Below the pieces are notes generated by a model. It had not been told where the DNA came from. It searched no databases and saw nothing but the letters and a program-made list of their open reading frames with translations. From Candidatus Latescibacterota bacterium (GTDB lineage: Bacteria; Latescibacterota; UBA2968; UBA8231): a stretch of 64,000 bases of DNA. The stretch covers positions 2,784,001 through 2,848,000 of the forward strand of contig CBDFJF010000001.1 of the NCBI GenBank assembly GCA_965248265.1, read 5' to 3'. Position 1 is the stretch's first letter, and each line of letters opens with the position of its first letter. The position numbers and the translations under genes are program-made. Positions 56,090 through 64,000 of the stretch are shown piece by piece.

Positions 56090-56102
56090 GTCGTGCTCGA
56101 GT

Positions 56103-56537
56103 TCAGGTCATACAGCATTTCTTGAACTTTCGGCCACTGCCGCACGGACAGGGTTCGTTGCGACCGATTGCCGCCACCGGTTTGCGGATCGTCTCCCCGC
56201 GGAAGGTGCCATCGGCACGAAAGCCCTTTTCGTAGCGTTTTGCTGCATGCTCGACGGCACGCAACCATTGGGGCGCAGCGGCATAATGAGCCGCTTCATC
56301 GAGATAACTCAGGTAAGCCGTCAGTAGCCTCGGGAAACCGCGCCGCTGTTCAACGGGTAGGTCCACCTGGGCCACGGTCTTGAGGGCGCCATCCACCGAG
56401 GCCGGTGAGGCATCGTCGCCGGCCGCTTCGCACCACAACGACAGCAATGACTCGGCGGTCTCCTTCGACTCGGCATCCAGGAGCAGGAAATGCTCGGATC
56501 CGACGTACGCGGGAATCAGGTCGGAGAGTTCGCTCAT
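56103..56537 (-). CDS. SEC-C motif domain protein
   Basis: C-terminal GRNEPCPCGSGRKFKKCC; start taken at MSELS. Confidence 0.8.
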   Translation of the reverse strand: MSELSDLIPAYVGSEHFLLLDAESKETAESLLSLWCEAAGDDASPASVDGALKTVAQVDLPVEQRRGFPRLLTAYLSYLDEAAHYAAAPQWLRAVEHAAKRYEKGFRADGTFRGETIRKPVAAIGRNEPCPCGSGRKFKKCCMT

Positions 56538-56682
56538 CTTCGGAAATGGCCTCACAGCCTGTTGAAGGCGACGATCGCAGTGGATCAACTCTCGAATATC
56601 AGGCGAGATTCTCACCGGGACAATCGAAGGGGGAAGCGGGAACAGCTTGACACTGCCACGCCTGAATGATATTGAGTATCAC

Positions 56683-59600
56683 ATGACTCAAACATTGGTA
56701 AGACTGGCCTTCCAGCTCGCTCCGGAACGTCACCAGCAACTCGAGTCGCTGTTGCGGGAGCATGGCCTTCCGCTGCTGGCACAACATGGCTTTGGGGCGG
56801 TAACCGAATTGGGACGGCCCACCGTACCGGATGTGTGCTCGACCCTGTTCGCCATCGGTCAGGTATCCGAACTCACTGATCGGCGAGAGGCCCTGCGCAA
56901 CGATGAGGCCTGGCGTCAACTGCTGCAGGACTGGGGCGGCCGCTTCGACCGCGCCGGATCCGATGGCATGATGGAGTACCGTATCGAGCTGTACTCGGCT
57001 CCCGCCGGCCTGGGAACGACCCAGCCGACCCGTGAAACCGGCAACTGGCGGACCTACGACGCCACCGACGGTCTGGGCAGCGGTTTCGTGTGGGACGTGT
57101 TCCAGGACCGGGACGGCTACATCTGGTGTACCTGTTATGGAGGGGGGGTAGCGCGTTTCGACGGACACGCCTTTCAGAAATTCACCACCAAGGAGGGACT
57201 CGCCCACAACGAAGTCGCCTGTGGCTTCGAGGCGGCGGACGGGCGCTTGTGGTTCGGCACCGAAGATGGCATCAGTGTGTTCGATGGCGAGCGCTTTGAA
57301 TCCATGACTACCGAACAGGGGCTGCCCCACAATGAAGTCGCTGACATCTTCCAGGACGCGGCCGGCGACATCTGGCTGTGTACGGAAAACGGCGTCAGCC
57401 GCTACGATGGTACGAACTTTCACAACCTCGACAGCAGTGACGGGTTAGTGGACAACCATGTTTCCTGCGGGCTGCAGGACCGAAACGGCCATTACTGGTT
57501 CGGCACCGAAGGAGGTCTGAGCCGCTACAACGGCAGCATCTTCACCGCTTACACCCGCCGCGAGGACCTTCCCGACAACTGGATTCGCTCTGTGTTCGAG
57601 GACCGGGAAGGCGTCATCTGGGTCGGCACCCATGAAGGCGGAGTATGCCGCTTCGACGGTGACCGCTTTGCCGTGCTGACAGAGAACGATGGCCTGCCGC
57701 ACAACGGCGTTCTCGGCATCATGCAGGACACTGCTGGCGACTACTGGTTCTGCACCTTCAGAGGCATCGCCCGTTATGATGGGCAACACTTCACTGCCAC
57801 CTTCGCTGAAGCGGACGGTCTCGCCAACAACCGTACCTGGTCAGCCATGCAGGATCGCGAAGGCCAGTACTGGTTCGGCACCCTCAGCGGCGTCAGCTGT
57901 TACGACGGCAACACCTTCGCCAGTTTCAGGACCCAGGATCCATCCAAGGAGAACAGCGTCCTCGCCATCGTCCAGGATCGCCAGGGTGACATGTGGTTCG
58001 GCCCCTGGGGAGGCGGCATCACCCGGTACGACGGCGACACCTTCACGACTTTCACCTCGGAGGATGGCCTGACGGAAGACGTCATCTTCTCCGCCATTGA
58101 GGACGACAAGGGCCGCCTGTGGTTCGGCACCTGGGACAGTGGCGCGGCCTGTTACGACGGCGACACCTTCCAGTACTTCACCACCAGTGACGGTCTCATC
58201 AACAATCGCGTTTGGAGCATGCTAGCTGACCGCAAGGGCAACGTCTGGTTCTGCACCGCCCCACAGGCGGCAGGATCCAGGGGCGGCGTCACCCGCTTCG
58301 ACGGCGAATCCTTCCGCTCCTTCACGACTGAGGAAGGACTGGCACACGATCGCGTTCGTCGGGTGATCGAGGACCGGGAAGGCACCATCTGGTTTGCCAC
58401 CTTCTCAGGCCTGAACCGCTACGACGGCACTTCGATCACGACCGTCGATGGGGATCGTGGTGTGCCCAGCGACAGCATTTGGGCGCTTGTGGAGGATAGT
58501 CAGGGCGGTCTGTGGCTGGGAACCAGCGGCGGCGGCGCTTGTCGTTTCGACGGTGAATCGTGCGAATCGTTTACGACCGAACACGGACTCCCGTCAAACG
58601 ATATCTGGACCATGTGTGAGGACCGGGAAGGCACCATCTGGGTCGGCACCAGCGGCGCCGGCGTCGGCCGCTTCGACGGTCGCATCATCCAGACTATGAA
58701 CGCTGCCGACGGTCTTGCCGGCAACATGGTCCAGTCTCTTTGCGCCTGTCACGGCGGCAACGTCTGGATCGGTACCAATGGCGGCCTGACGCGCTACCGT
58801 CCACCGGCGGCCTTTCCGCCGCCCGTCTTCATCGACGCCATCGTCGCCGGACGGCGCTATGAATCCGAGACCCAGATCGAGATCGAATCCAGTGTCGGGC
58901 TGGTGGCCTTCGAGTTTCACGGCATGAGTTTCAAGACCATGCCAGAATCACTCCTCTACCGCTGTCGACTCAGCGGATTCGACGGCGATTGGCGCCCGGT
59001 CCGTGACGGTCGGATCGAGTACCAGGACCTGCCACCGGGGGACTACACCTTCGAAGTGGCAGCCGTAGATCGCGATCTGGTTTATTCAGAGCAAATCGCA
59101 ACGCGTTCCTTGACGGTGACTGCGGACACCCGCGACGAGCAGATCGACGAGCTCGAGCAACGGGTTCGCGAGCGCACGCGAGCGCTCGAAGACAGCCAGA
59201 CGCAGTTGGTGCAGTCGGAGAAAATGGCCGCCCTCGGCAACCTCGTCGCCGGCATCGCCCATGAGATCAACAATCCGGTAGGCGCCATGAGCAGTGCTGC
59301 CGACATCGTAGGTCGAGGCCTCGAGCGTCTGCGCGAACTGTTGGATGAGGGCTCGGGGGAGGACCCCCAGATCAGCAAGGTCCTTGCTCTGTTGGAAGGC
59401 AACAACCAAAACGTCATCATCGCTGGGAATCGAGTCGCCGAGGTTGTGCGCAGCCTCAAAAACTTCGCCCGTTTGGATGAGGCGCCGTTCCAGAAGGCTG
59501 ACCTGCGAGACGGTCTCGACAGCACCCTGACTCTACTCAAGCGGGACATGGGCGTACGAATCTCCGTCGAGCGCAAATTCGGCGACATCCCGCAGATCAT

Positions 59601-59946
59601 GTGCTATGCCAGCGAACTCAACCAGGTGTTCATGAACCTGCTCGCCAACGCGGTTCAAAACACGGTCGGTGAGGGTACGGTGACGGTCGAAACCTTCGCC
59701 CGTGATGCCCACGTGTTCGTCCGCATCAGCGACACCGGCAAGGGCATTCCGTTGCAGAACCTGAAGCGGATCTTCGACCCGGGGTTCACGACCCATGGGG
59801 TCGGCGTCGGAGTAGGTCTGGGGCTATCGACGAGTTACAACATCGTGCGCAAGCACGGCGGTACCATCGAGGTCGAGAGCGAGGTCGGCAAAGGATCGAC
59901 GTTCACGATTCGTCTGCCCGAGCGCGCTTCCAGTCCCCAGACGTAA
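56683..59946 (+). CDS. Histidine kinase with Reg_prop beta-propeller repeats and Y_Y_Y domain
   Basis: About 14 DGL....QD..G..WFGT repeats, YRCRL...LPPGDYTFEV, AGIAHEINNP, QVFMNLLANA, DTGKG, GLGL. Confidence 0.9.
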   Translation: MTQTLVRLAFQLAPERHQQLESLLREHGLPLLAQHGFGAVTELGRPTVPDVCSTLFAIGQVSELTDRREALRNDEAWRQLLQDWGGRFDRAGSDGMMEYRIELYSAPAGLGTTQPTRETGNWRTYDATDGLGSGFVWDVFQDRDGYIWCTCYGGGVARFDGHAFQKFTTKEGLAHNEVACGFEAADGRLWFGTEDGISVFDGERFESMTTEQGLPHNEVADIFQDAAGDIWLCTENGVSRYDGTNFHNLDSSDGLVDNHVSCGLQDRNGHYWFGTEGGLSRYNGSIFTAYTRREDLPDNWIRSVFEDREGVIWVGTHEGGVCRFDGDRFAVLTENDGLPHNGVLGIMQDTAGDYWFCTFRGIARYDGQHFTATFAEADGLANNRTWSAMQDREGQYWFGTLSGVSCYDGNTFASFRTQDPSKENSVLAIVQDRQGDMWFGPWGGGITRYDGDTFTTFTSEDGLTEDVIFSAIEDDKGRLWFGTWDSGAACYDGDTFQYFTTSDGLINNRVWSMLADRKGNVWFCTAPQAAGSRGGVTRFDGESFRSFTTEEGLAHDRVRRVIEDREGTIWFATFSGLNRYDGTSITTVDGDRGVPSDSIWALVEDSQGGLWLGTSGGGACRFDGESCESFTTEHGLPSNDIWTMCEDREGTIWVGTSGAGVGRFDGRIIQTMNAADGLAGNMVQSLCACHGGNVWIGTNGGLTRYRPPAAFPPPVFIDAIVAGRRYESETQIEIESSVGLVAFEFHGMSFKTMPESLLYRCRLSGFDGDWRPVRDGRIEYQDLPPGDYTFEVAAVDRDLVYSEQIATRSLTVTADTRDEQIDELEQRVRERTRALEDSQTQLVQSEKMAALGNLVAGIAHEINNPVGAMSSAADIVGRGLERLRELLDEGSGEDPQISKVLALLEGNNQNVIIAGNRVAEVVRSLKNFARLDEAPFQKADLRDGLDSTLTLLKRDMGVRISVERKFGDIPQIMCYASELNQVFMNLLANAVQNTVGEGTVTVETFARDAHVFVRISDTGKGIPLQNLKRIFDPGFTTHGVGVGVGLGLSTSYNIVRKHGGTIEVESEVGKGSTFTIRLPERASSPQT

Positions 59947-59963
59947 CACGCGTCTTCGTTACC

Positions 59964-60512
59964 CTAGCACTCGCAGTCAGAGCAATCCCGGCGTGGCTCC
60001 CATTCTGCGGGCATGCCCTGTCGATCGAACTCGATGTGGCAACATGCCAGCAGCATCTGTTTCAACTGGGTTCGACCTCTCTGCACCCGTGACTTCGCTC
60101 CCGAAATGGAAAGGCCGAGCTGCTCGGCCGCCTCACGCTGAGACCTGCCCTCCAACTCGACAAGACGAACAGCATCCCCGTACTTGGCTGGCAGCCCTGC
60201 CATCATCTTTGAGGCGCAGGCACCCAACTCACTTTCGAACTCCTCGTCCCCGTCGATGGCCGGCATGGTCTCTTCGTCGAAGACTTCCACGGGGTTCTGA
60301 CGACCGCGATAGTGATCGCTGATGACATTGCGGGCGATCCGGAACACCCATGCCGTCAGCCGCTCCCGCTCACCCAGGCTGTCGATATGGCGGTGTATGC
60401 GCACGAACACATCCTGCAGCAGGTCCTCCGCCAGGTGCGGGTCGCTGACCCGCCGCAGGATGAAATGCCGCAACGCCGCACCGAGTTCTTCCCAGATTTG
60501 CTGCGTCGTCAC
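59964..60512 (-). CDS. sigZ: ECF sigma factor, SigZ-like
   Basis: AEDLLQDVF, WVFRIARN, SGAKSRVQRGR, C-terminal CC motif. Confidence 0.78.
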   Translation of the reverse strand: MTTQQIWEELGAALRHFILRRVSDPHLAEDLLQDVFVRIHRHIDSLGERERLTAWVFRIARNVISDHYRGRQNPVEVFDEETMPAIDGDEEFESELGACASKMMAGLPAKYGDAVRLVELEGRSQREAAEQLGLSISGAKSRVQRGRTQLKQMLLACCHIEFDRQGMPAEWEPRRDCSDCEC

Positions 60513-60530
60513 TTTGAGATCGATCCTTTC

Positions 60531-60998
60531 TCAGACTGTACAGCATTCGCTGGAGCAGCAGGCTTCTTCTTCGACGCTGTCACCCCGGTACTGCACCGCG
60601 TCATCCAGCGTAACGAATACCTCCCAGCCGTTACCGTCGGGGTCGGCGACCCAGACCTTGTCCTGGACAGCGTAGCAACACTCGGTCTCGTGTTCGATGC
60701 GAACATCTAGCTGTGCGTCGTGTAAACGGGCGGTCATACGTTCAACCTCATCCGTCGATTTCACCTGAATGCCGAAATGGGCCGGGAATGATGAACCGGT
60801 CGCCGTGGGATGTTGGTTCAAGGCCAGGTTCACGGAGGGTTCGATCGGTTCAAATTTCGCGTACGTCGGATGCTCCTTTGTCGGTGGTACGCCCAGCAAG
60901 GTCTGGTAGAATGAAACGGAAGCGGTCAGGTCTTTGACGGCAAGCGCCACATGAATCCGGTGTGTGCCCGCGAAGGATGCTGCTGATTGTTCGGACAT
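60531..60998 (-). CDS. ArsI/CadI-family VOC (glyoxalase) protein
   Basis: RIHVAL, FY..L, YAKF, HFGIQV, ECCYAVQDKVWVADPDGNGWEVF, C-terminal CC..CC. Confidence 0.85.
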   Translation of the reverse strand: MSEQSAASFAGTHRIHVALAVKDLTASVSFYQTLLGVPPTKEHPTYAKFEPIEPSVNLALNQHPTATGSSFPAHFGIQVKSTDEVERMTARLHDAQLDVRIEHETECCYAVQDKVWVADPDGNGWEVFVTLDDAVQYRGDSVEEEACCSSECCTV

Positions 60999-61100
60999 GG
61001 GTCCATCTCCTCATCGTTGCAGTGCATTGCGATACAGCGTTCACCAATGCAGACGGAAATGAGAAACGAATGGACGCAAAAAAGTTCTTTGGGGGCCTCT

Positions 61101-61844
61101 TCACGTGATCGACGGTGGACACCCGAAGCGATCGGTGATGGCCCGCGCCGTATTGATGTGACGCTTGCCGTTCTTGAGGCTGAAGTTGAGATGCCCGGGC
61201 AGCAGCGCCTCGAACGAATACTCTGAGAGTCGTTCGATCGACTCGATGGTTTGGGGTACGCTGCAATCGTAGGTCTTCTGCAGGACAACCTTCCCACCGA
61301 AGAAAATGGCGTCTCCACCCACGAGGTAGGTCTTGTCCTTTCCGGTAACCAGGTAGGAGCAGTGGTCGTGGCTGTTGCCGGGCGTGTGGATCATTTCGAT
61401 GTTGAAGTCTCCGATGGTAACAACATCACCGTGGTCGAGGACATGCTCCACCGGGCTGGAACGGTAGACATAGTCGTGTGGGTAGATTCCACCCTCTTTA
61501 GCTGTATCCAGGCTCACGGCCGCTTCGTCACCGCTCACGATGATCTTCGCCGTTGCCTCCGAGGCATAGACCTCGACAGCGACGTGATCGCGCAGATGGG
61601 CGGTACCGCCGCCATGGTCGGCGTGGGCGTGGGTCAGGAACAGGTAGTCGATGCGGTTGGGATCCAGCCCATCGTGGCGACAGATGCCCAAGATCTCTTC
61701 GACACCGAAGCCTGACCCCATGTCGAACACGGCACAGCCTGCTGCTCCCCCATCGAACAGGAAGATGTTGCAGTCATAGCGGTCGGTCATGTCGAAGCCC
61801 ATGACGCCGCTGCCGACGAGATAGACATTGCGGTCGATTCTCAT
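61101..61844 (-). CDS. MBL-fold metallo-hydrolase
   Basis: THAHADH, TPG, GD, LLPGH. Confidence 0.85.
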   Translation of the reverse strand: MRIDRNVYLVGSGVMGFDMTDRYDCNIFLFDGGAAGCAVFDMGSGFGVEEILGICRHDGLDPNRIDYLFLTHAHADHGGGTAHLRDHVAVEVYASEATAKIIVSGDEAAVSLDTAKEGGIYPHDYVYRSSPVEHVLDHGDVVTIGDFNIEMIHTPGNSHDHCSYLVTGKDKTYLVGGDAIFFGGKVVLQKTYDCSVPQTIESIERLSEYSFEALLPGHLNFSLKNGKRHINTARAITDRFGCPPSIT

Positions 61845-62809
61845 GGTGTCTCCTGAAGGATGATCTCGGACAACAGCGCCGCGTCGACGTTGCCGCCGCT
61901 GACGACCGCTACGGCCGTCCCGTCAGCGTCCGCTTCATTGTGGAACAGGGCTGCCGCCACCGCGACGGCGCCGCTGGGCTCGACGACGAGTCGGGCATCC
62001 AGGATCGTGCGCCGCATGGCCTGAGTGATCTCCTGTTCGCTGACGGTGATGATGTCGGCGGCGAATTCACGAATGTGGGCGAAGGTCAGGTCGCCGACGC
62101 GGGTGGCGCGCATGCCGTCGGCGCTTGTGCGGCGAGCATCCTCGAGGGGAATCTCGACAACGCTGCCCGTGTGAAAACTTTGGCGTGCGTCATCGGCAAC
62201 CTCAGGCTCGACACCGATGACCCTTCCTCCAAAACCAGACAGCTTCAGGGCAGCCCCGGTGCCGCTGAGCAACCCTCCACCGCCGACGGGAACGAAGACG
62301 ACGTCCACTTCTGGTTGGTCTTCGAATATCTCCAGGCCGACAGTCGCGGCTCCAGCGATGACGAACTCGTCCTCGAAGGGGGGCACCATCACGAGACCGC
62401 GTTGCTGCGCCAACTCTTCGGCCGCCAGACGCCAATCCTCCTCGCTGCCGCCCTCCAACTCGACGATGGTCGCACCGAGAGCCCTCGTTTTCACCTTCTT
62501 GATCTGCGGAGCAATCGCCGGCATCACAATCGTCGCTTTGATGCTGAGAACCCGGGCCGCGTAGGCGACGCCCTGAGCGTGATTGCCACTCGAGAACGCG
62601 ATGACGCCGCTTGCTTTTTCTTGATCTGATAGGGAGGCAATCTTGTTGTAGGCCCCTCGCAGTTTGAAGGCCCCGATCGGCTGCAGGCTCTCTGGTTTGA
62701 GCCACAGATGGCCGCCTGATTGAGGCTTTGGAAAGGCGATCAGTGGTGTGCGGGTCGCCACCCCTAGGATCCGCTTCTGTGCGGTAACAATGTCCTGGAG
62801 CTCAATCAT
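61841..62809 (-). CDS. Threonine/serine dehydratase-family PLP enzyme
   Basis: ESLQPIGAFKLRGA, SSGNHAQG, PVGGGGL, EPSGA, SGGN. Confidence 0.9.
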   Translation of the reverse strand: MIELQDIVTAQKRILGVATRTPLIAFPKPQSGGHLWLKPESLQPIGAFKLRGAYNKIASLSDQEKASGVIAFSSGNHAQGVAYAARVLSIKATIVMPAIAPQIKKVKTRALGATIVELEGGSEEDWRLAAEELAQQRGLVMVPPFEDEFVIAGAATVGLEIFEDQPEVDVVFVPVGGGGLLSGTGAALKLSGFGGRVIGVEPEVADDARQSFHTGSVVEIPLEDARRTSADGMRATRVGDLTFAHIREFAADIITVSEQEITQAMRRTILDARLVVEPSGAVAVAAALFHNEADADGTAVAVVSGGNVDAALLSEIILQETP

Positions 62810-62932
62810 GGGGCTTCGTGATCCTGATTGTGGTCGTCCCGATCGTGGTTGTCCTCCACCTCTATCTTTTCACCCCCTACATAACTAAAAATGCGATGAT
62901 GAGGCGAGTGCCCGGACCCTGGGAACTTTTTG

Positions 62933-62961
62933 TTGACCAATCGGTCCCTAATTACTACATT
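62933..62961 (+). promoter_or_regulatory. sigma70-type promoter overlapped by a GACC-N4-GGTC palindrome
   Basis: TTGACC-17 nt-TACATT; GACCAATCGGTC at 62935-62946. Confidence 0.5.
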
Positions 62962-63012
62962 CGGGTTCATCATTCATCTGTCGCAGTGTTCAACGAGAAG
63001 GAGAATAGCCCA

Positions 63013-64000
63013 ATGTCCACGAGTCCCGAAAATGGTAATGGCAATGGCAACGGCTTAGCCAGCGCCTTCGCCGAGTGGGTCATCCGCTGGCGCTGGCTCG
63101 TCCTCATCGGATCCATCGCAGTCGCCCTGGTCGCCGGTTCCGGTGGAGAGCGCCTGGCGTTCAACAATGACTACCGCGTCTTCTTCGCCGAGGACAATCC
63201 CGAGCTGCTCGCCTTCGAAAAGCTGCAGCGCACCTATACCAAAATCGACAACGTCCTCTTCGCCATTGCTCCGCGCGAAGGAGGAGTCTTCACGCCCGAA
63301 ATTCTGGATGCGGTCGAGTTTTTGACCCTGGAGGCCTGGCAGCTGCCGTTCGTCCTGCGGGTAGACTCCATCACCAACTACCAGCACACCACCGCCACGG
63401 ACGATGATCTGATCGTGGCGGATCTGGTCGAGGGTGGTGTCGATTTCACGCGCGTGATGCTGGACGAAGTCTCGCACATCGCCACTAATGAGCCGACCAT
63501 GCGCGACTTCCTGGTCGCCCATGAGGGACACACCACCGGCGTCAACGTCACCTTCCAGATGCCGCAGCTGGCCATGGATGAAACGCCAGAAGCCGTGGCC
63601 GCCGCCCGCGAACTCGCATCCAGGATCGAAGAGAAGTACCCCGTTGACATCCACCTCACCGGTATGGTCATGCTCAACAATGCCTTTCAGGAAATGAGTC
63701 TGAAGGATATGACCACCATGGTGCCGGGGATGTACATCATCATCATTCTCGCCACCTTGCTACTCGTGCGCTCCTTTACGGCCATGATCGGCACGGTCAT
63801 CGTCATTCTTCTCTCGTTGATGACAGCCATGGGCTTGGCGGGTTGGGCCGGAATCGAACTCACACCGCCGTCATCGATCGCACCCACCATCATCATGACG
63901 CTGGCCGTGGCCGACTCCATTCACGTCCTCATCAGCATGTTGAGTGCCATGCGGCGCGGCCTCACCCGGCGCGAGGCACTCGTCGAGAGCATGCGCGTCA
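63013..64000 (+). CDS. MMPL/RND-family transporter, 5' part (runs off the window)
   Basis: Not in the ORF track. MSTSPENGNGNGNGLASAFAEWVIRWRWLVL...DYRVFFAEDNPEL...RVDSITNYQH...TLAVADSIH. Confidence 0.85.
   Translation, partial: MSTSPENGNGNGNGLASAFAEWVIRWRWLVLIGSIAVALVAGSGGERLAFNNDYRVFFAEDNPELLAFEKLQRTYTKIDNVLFAIAPREGGVFTPEILDAVEFLTLEAWQLPFVLRVDSITNYQHTTATDDDLIVADLVEGGVDFTRVMLDEVSHIATNEPTMRDFLVAHEGHTTGVNVTFQMPQLAMDETPEAVAAARELASRIEEKYPVDIHLTGMVMLNNAFQEMSLKDMTTMVPGMYIIIILATLLLVRSFTAMIGTVIVILLSLMTAMGLAGWAGIELTPPSSIAPTIIMTLAVADSIHVLISMLSAMRRGLTRREALVESMRV

Noticed and set aside
56647-56683. TTGACA-17-TATTGA ending 7 nt before ATG 56683, suggesting a leaderless transcript
   Set aside because: The -10 box lacks the conserved final T, so it is too weak to call without TSS data.
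57000-58800. Recurrent near-identical DNA segments (e.g. GAGGACCGGGAAGGC..CATCTGG) at regular spacing, superficially CRISPR-like
   Set aside because: They are in-frame beta-propeller blade repeats of the kinase. The copies are degenerate and no cas genes are present.
1-64000. tRNA, rRNA, CRISPR arrays, prophage or defence-system genes
   Set aside because: None recognised by eye. Intergenic regions are short and lack such signatures; a covariance-model scan would be needed to exclude small RNAs.

Overview
GC-rich bacterial window, probably FCB-superphylum (Latescibacterota-like). This is an inference from the FlgD-Ig/T9SS-type C-terminal domains, a DUF6785-like membrane protein and multiple PQQ-type propellers. 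The left third (1-21251) is one long minus-strand run of tightly coupled genes. Its core (1-18841) looks like an unrecognised small-molecule biosynthesis or modification cluster with no PKS or NRPS. It contains an EhpF/GriC-like adenylating protein, an EhpG/GriD-like reductase, an Fe-alcohol dehydrogenase, a HemN-like (class C) radical SAM enzyme, a PaaK-like CoA ligase, a flavin-dependent halogenase-type enzyme, a thioesterase, a GT4 glycosyltransferase, three secreted PQQ-type beta-propellers, and SSS/DMT/ABC transporters. An intact IS3 element splits the cluster. The rest of the window is a mosaic of metabolic, signalling and secreted-protein genes. It includes an amidase-enolase fusion, an orphan flagellin with a sigma28 promoter, a C2H2 zinc-finger protein, dgcN-dgcA, a very large beta-helix/dockerin/cohesin protein, two apparent pseudo-enzymes (RNB and CocE families), a frameshifted enolase, crcB with an internally deleted DUF190 gene, a membrane-less propeller histidine kinase, and a sigZ/ArsI-like pair. 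No rRNA, tRNA or CRISPR array was seen. All family calls come from motif recognition by eye, not database searches.
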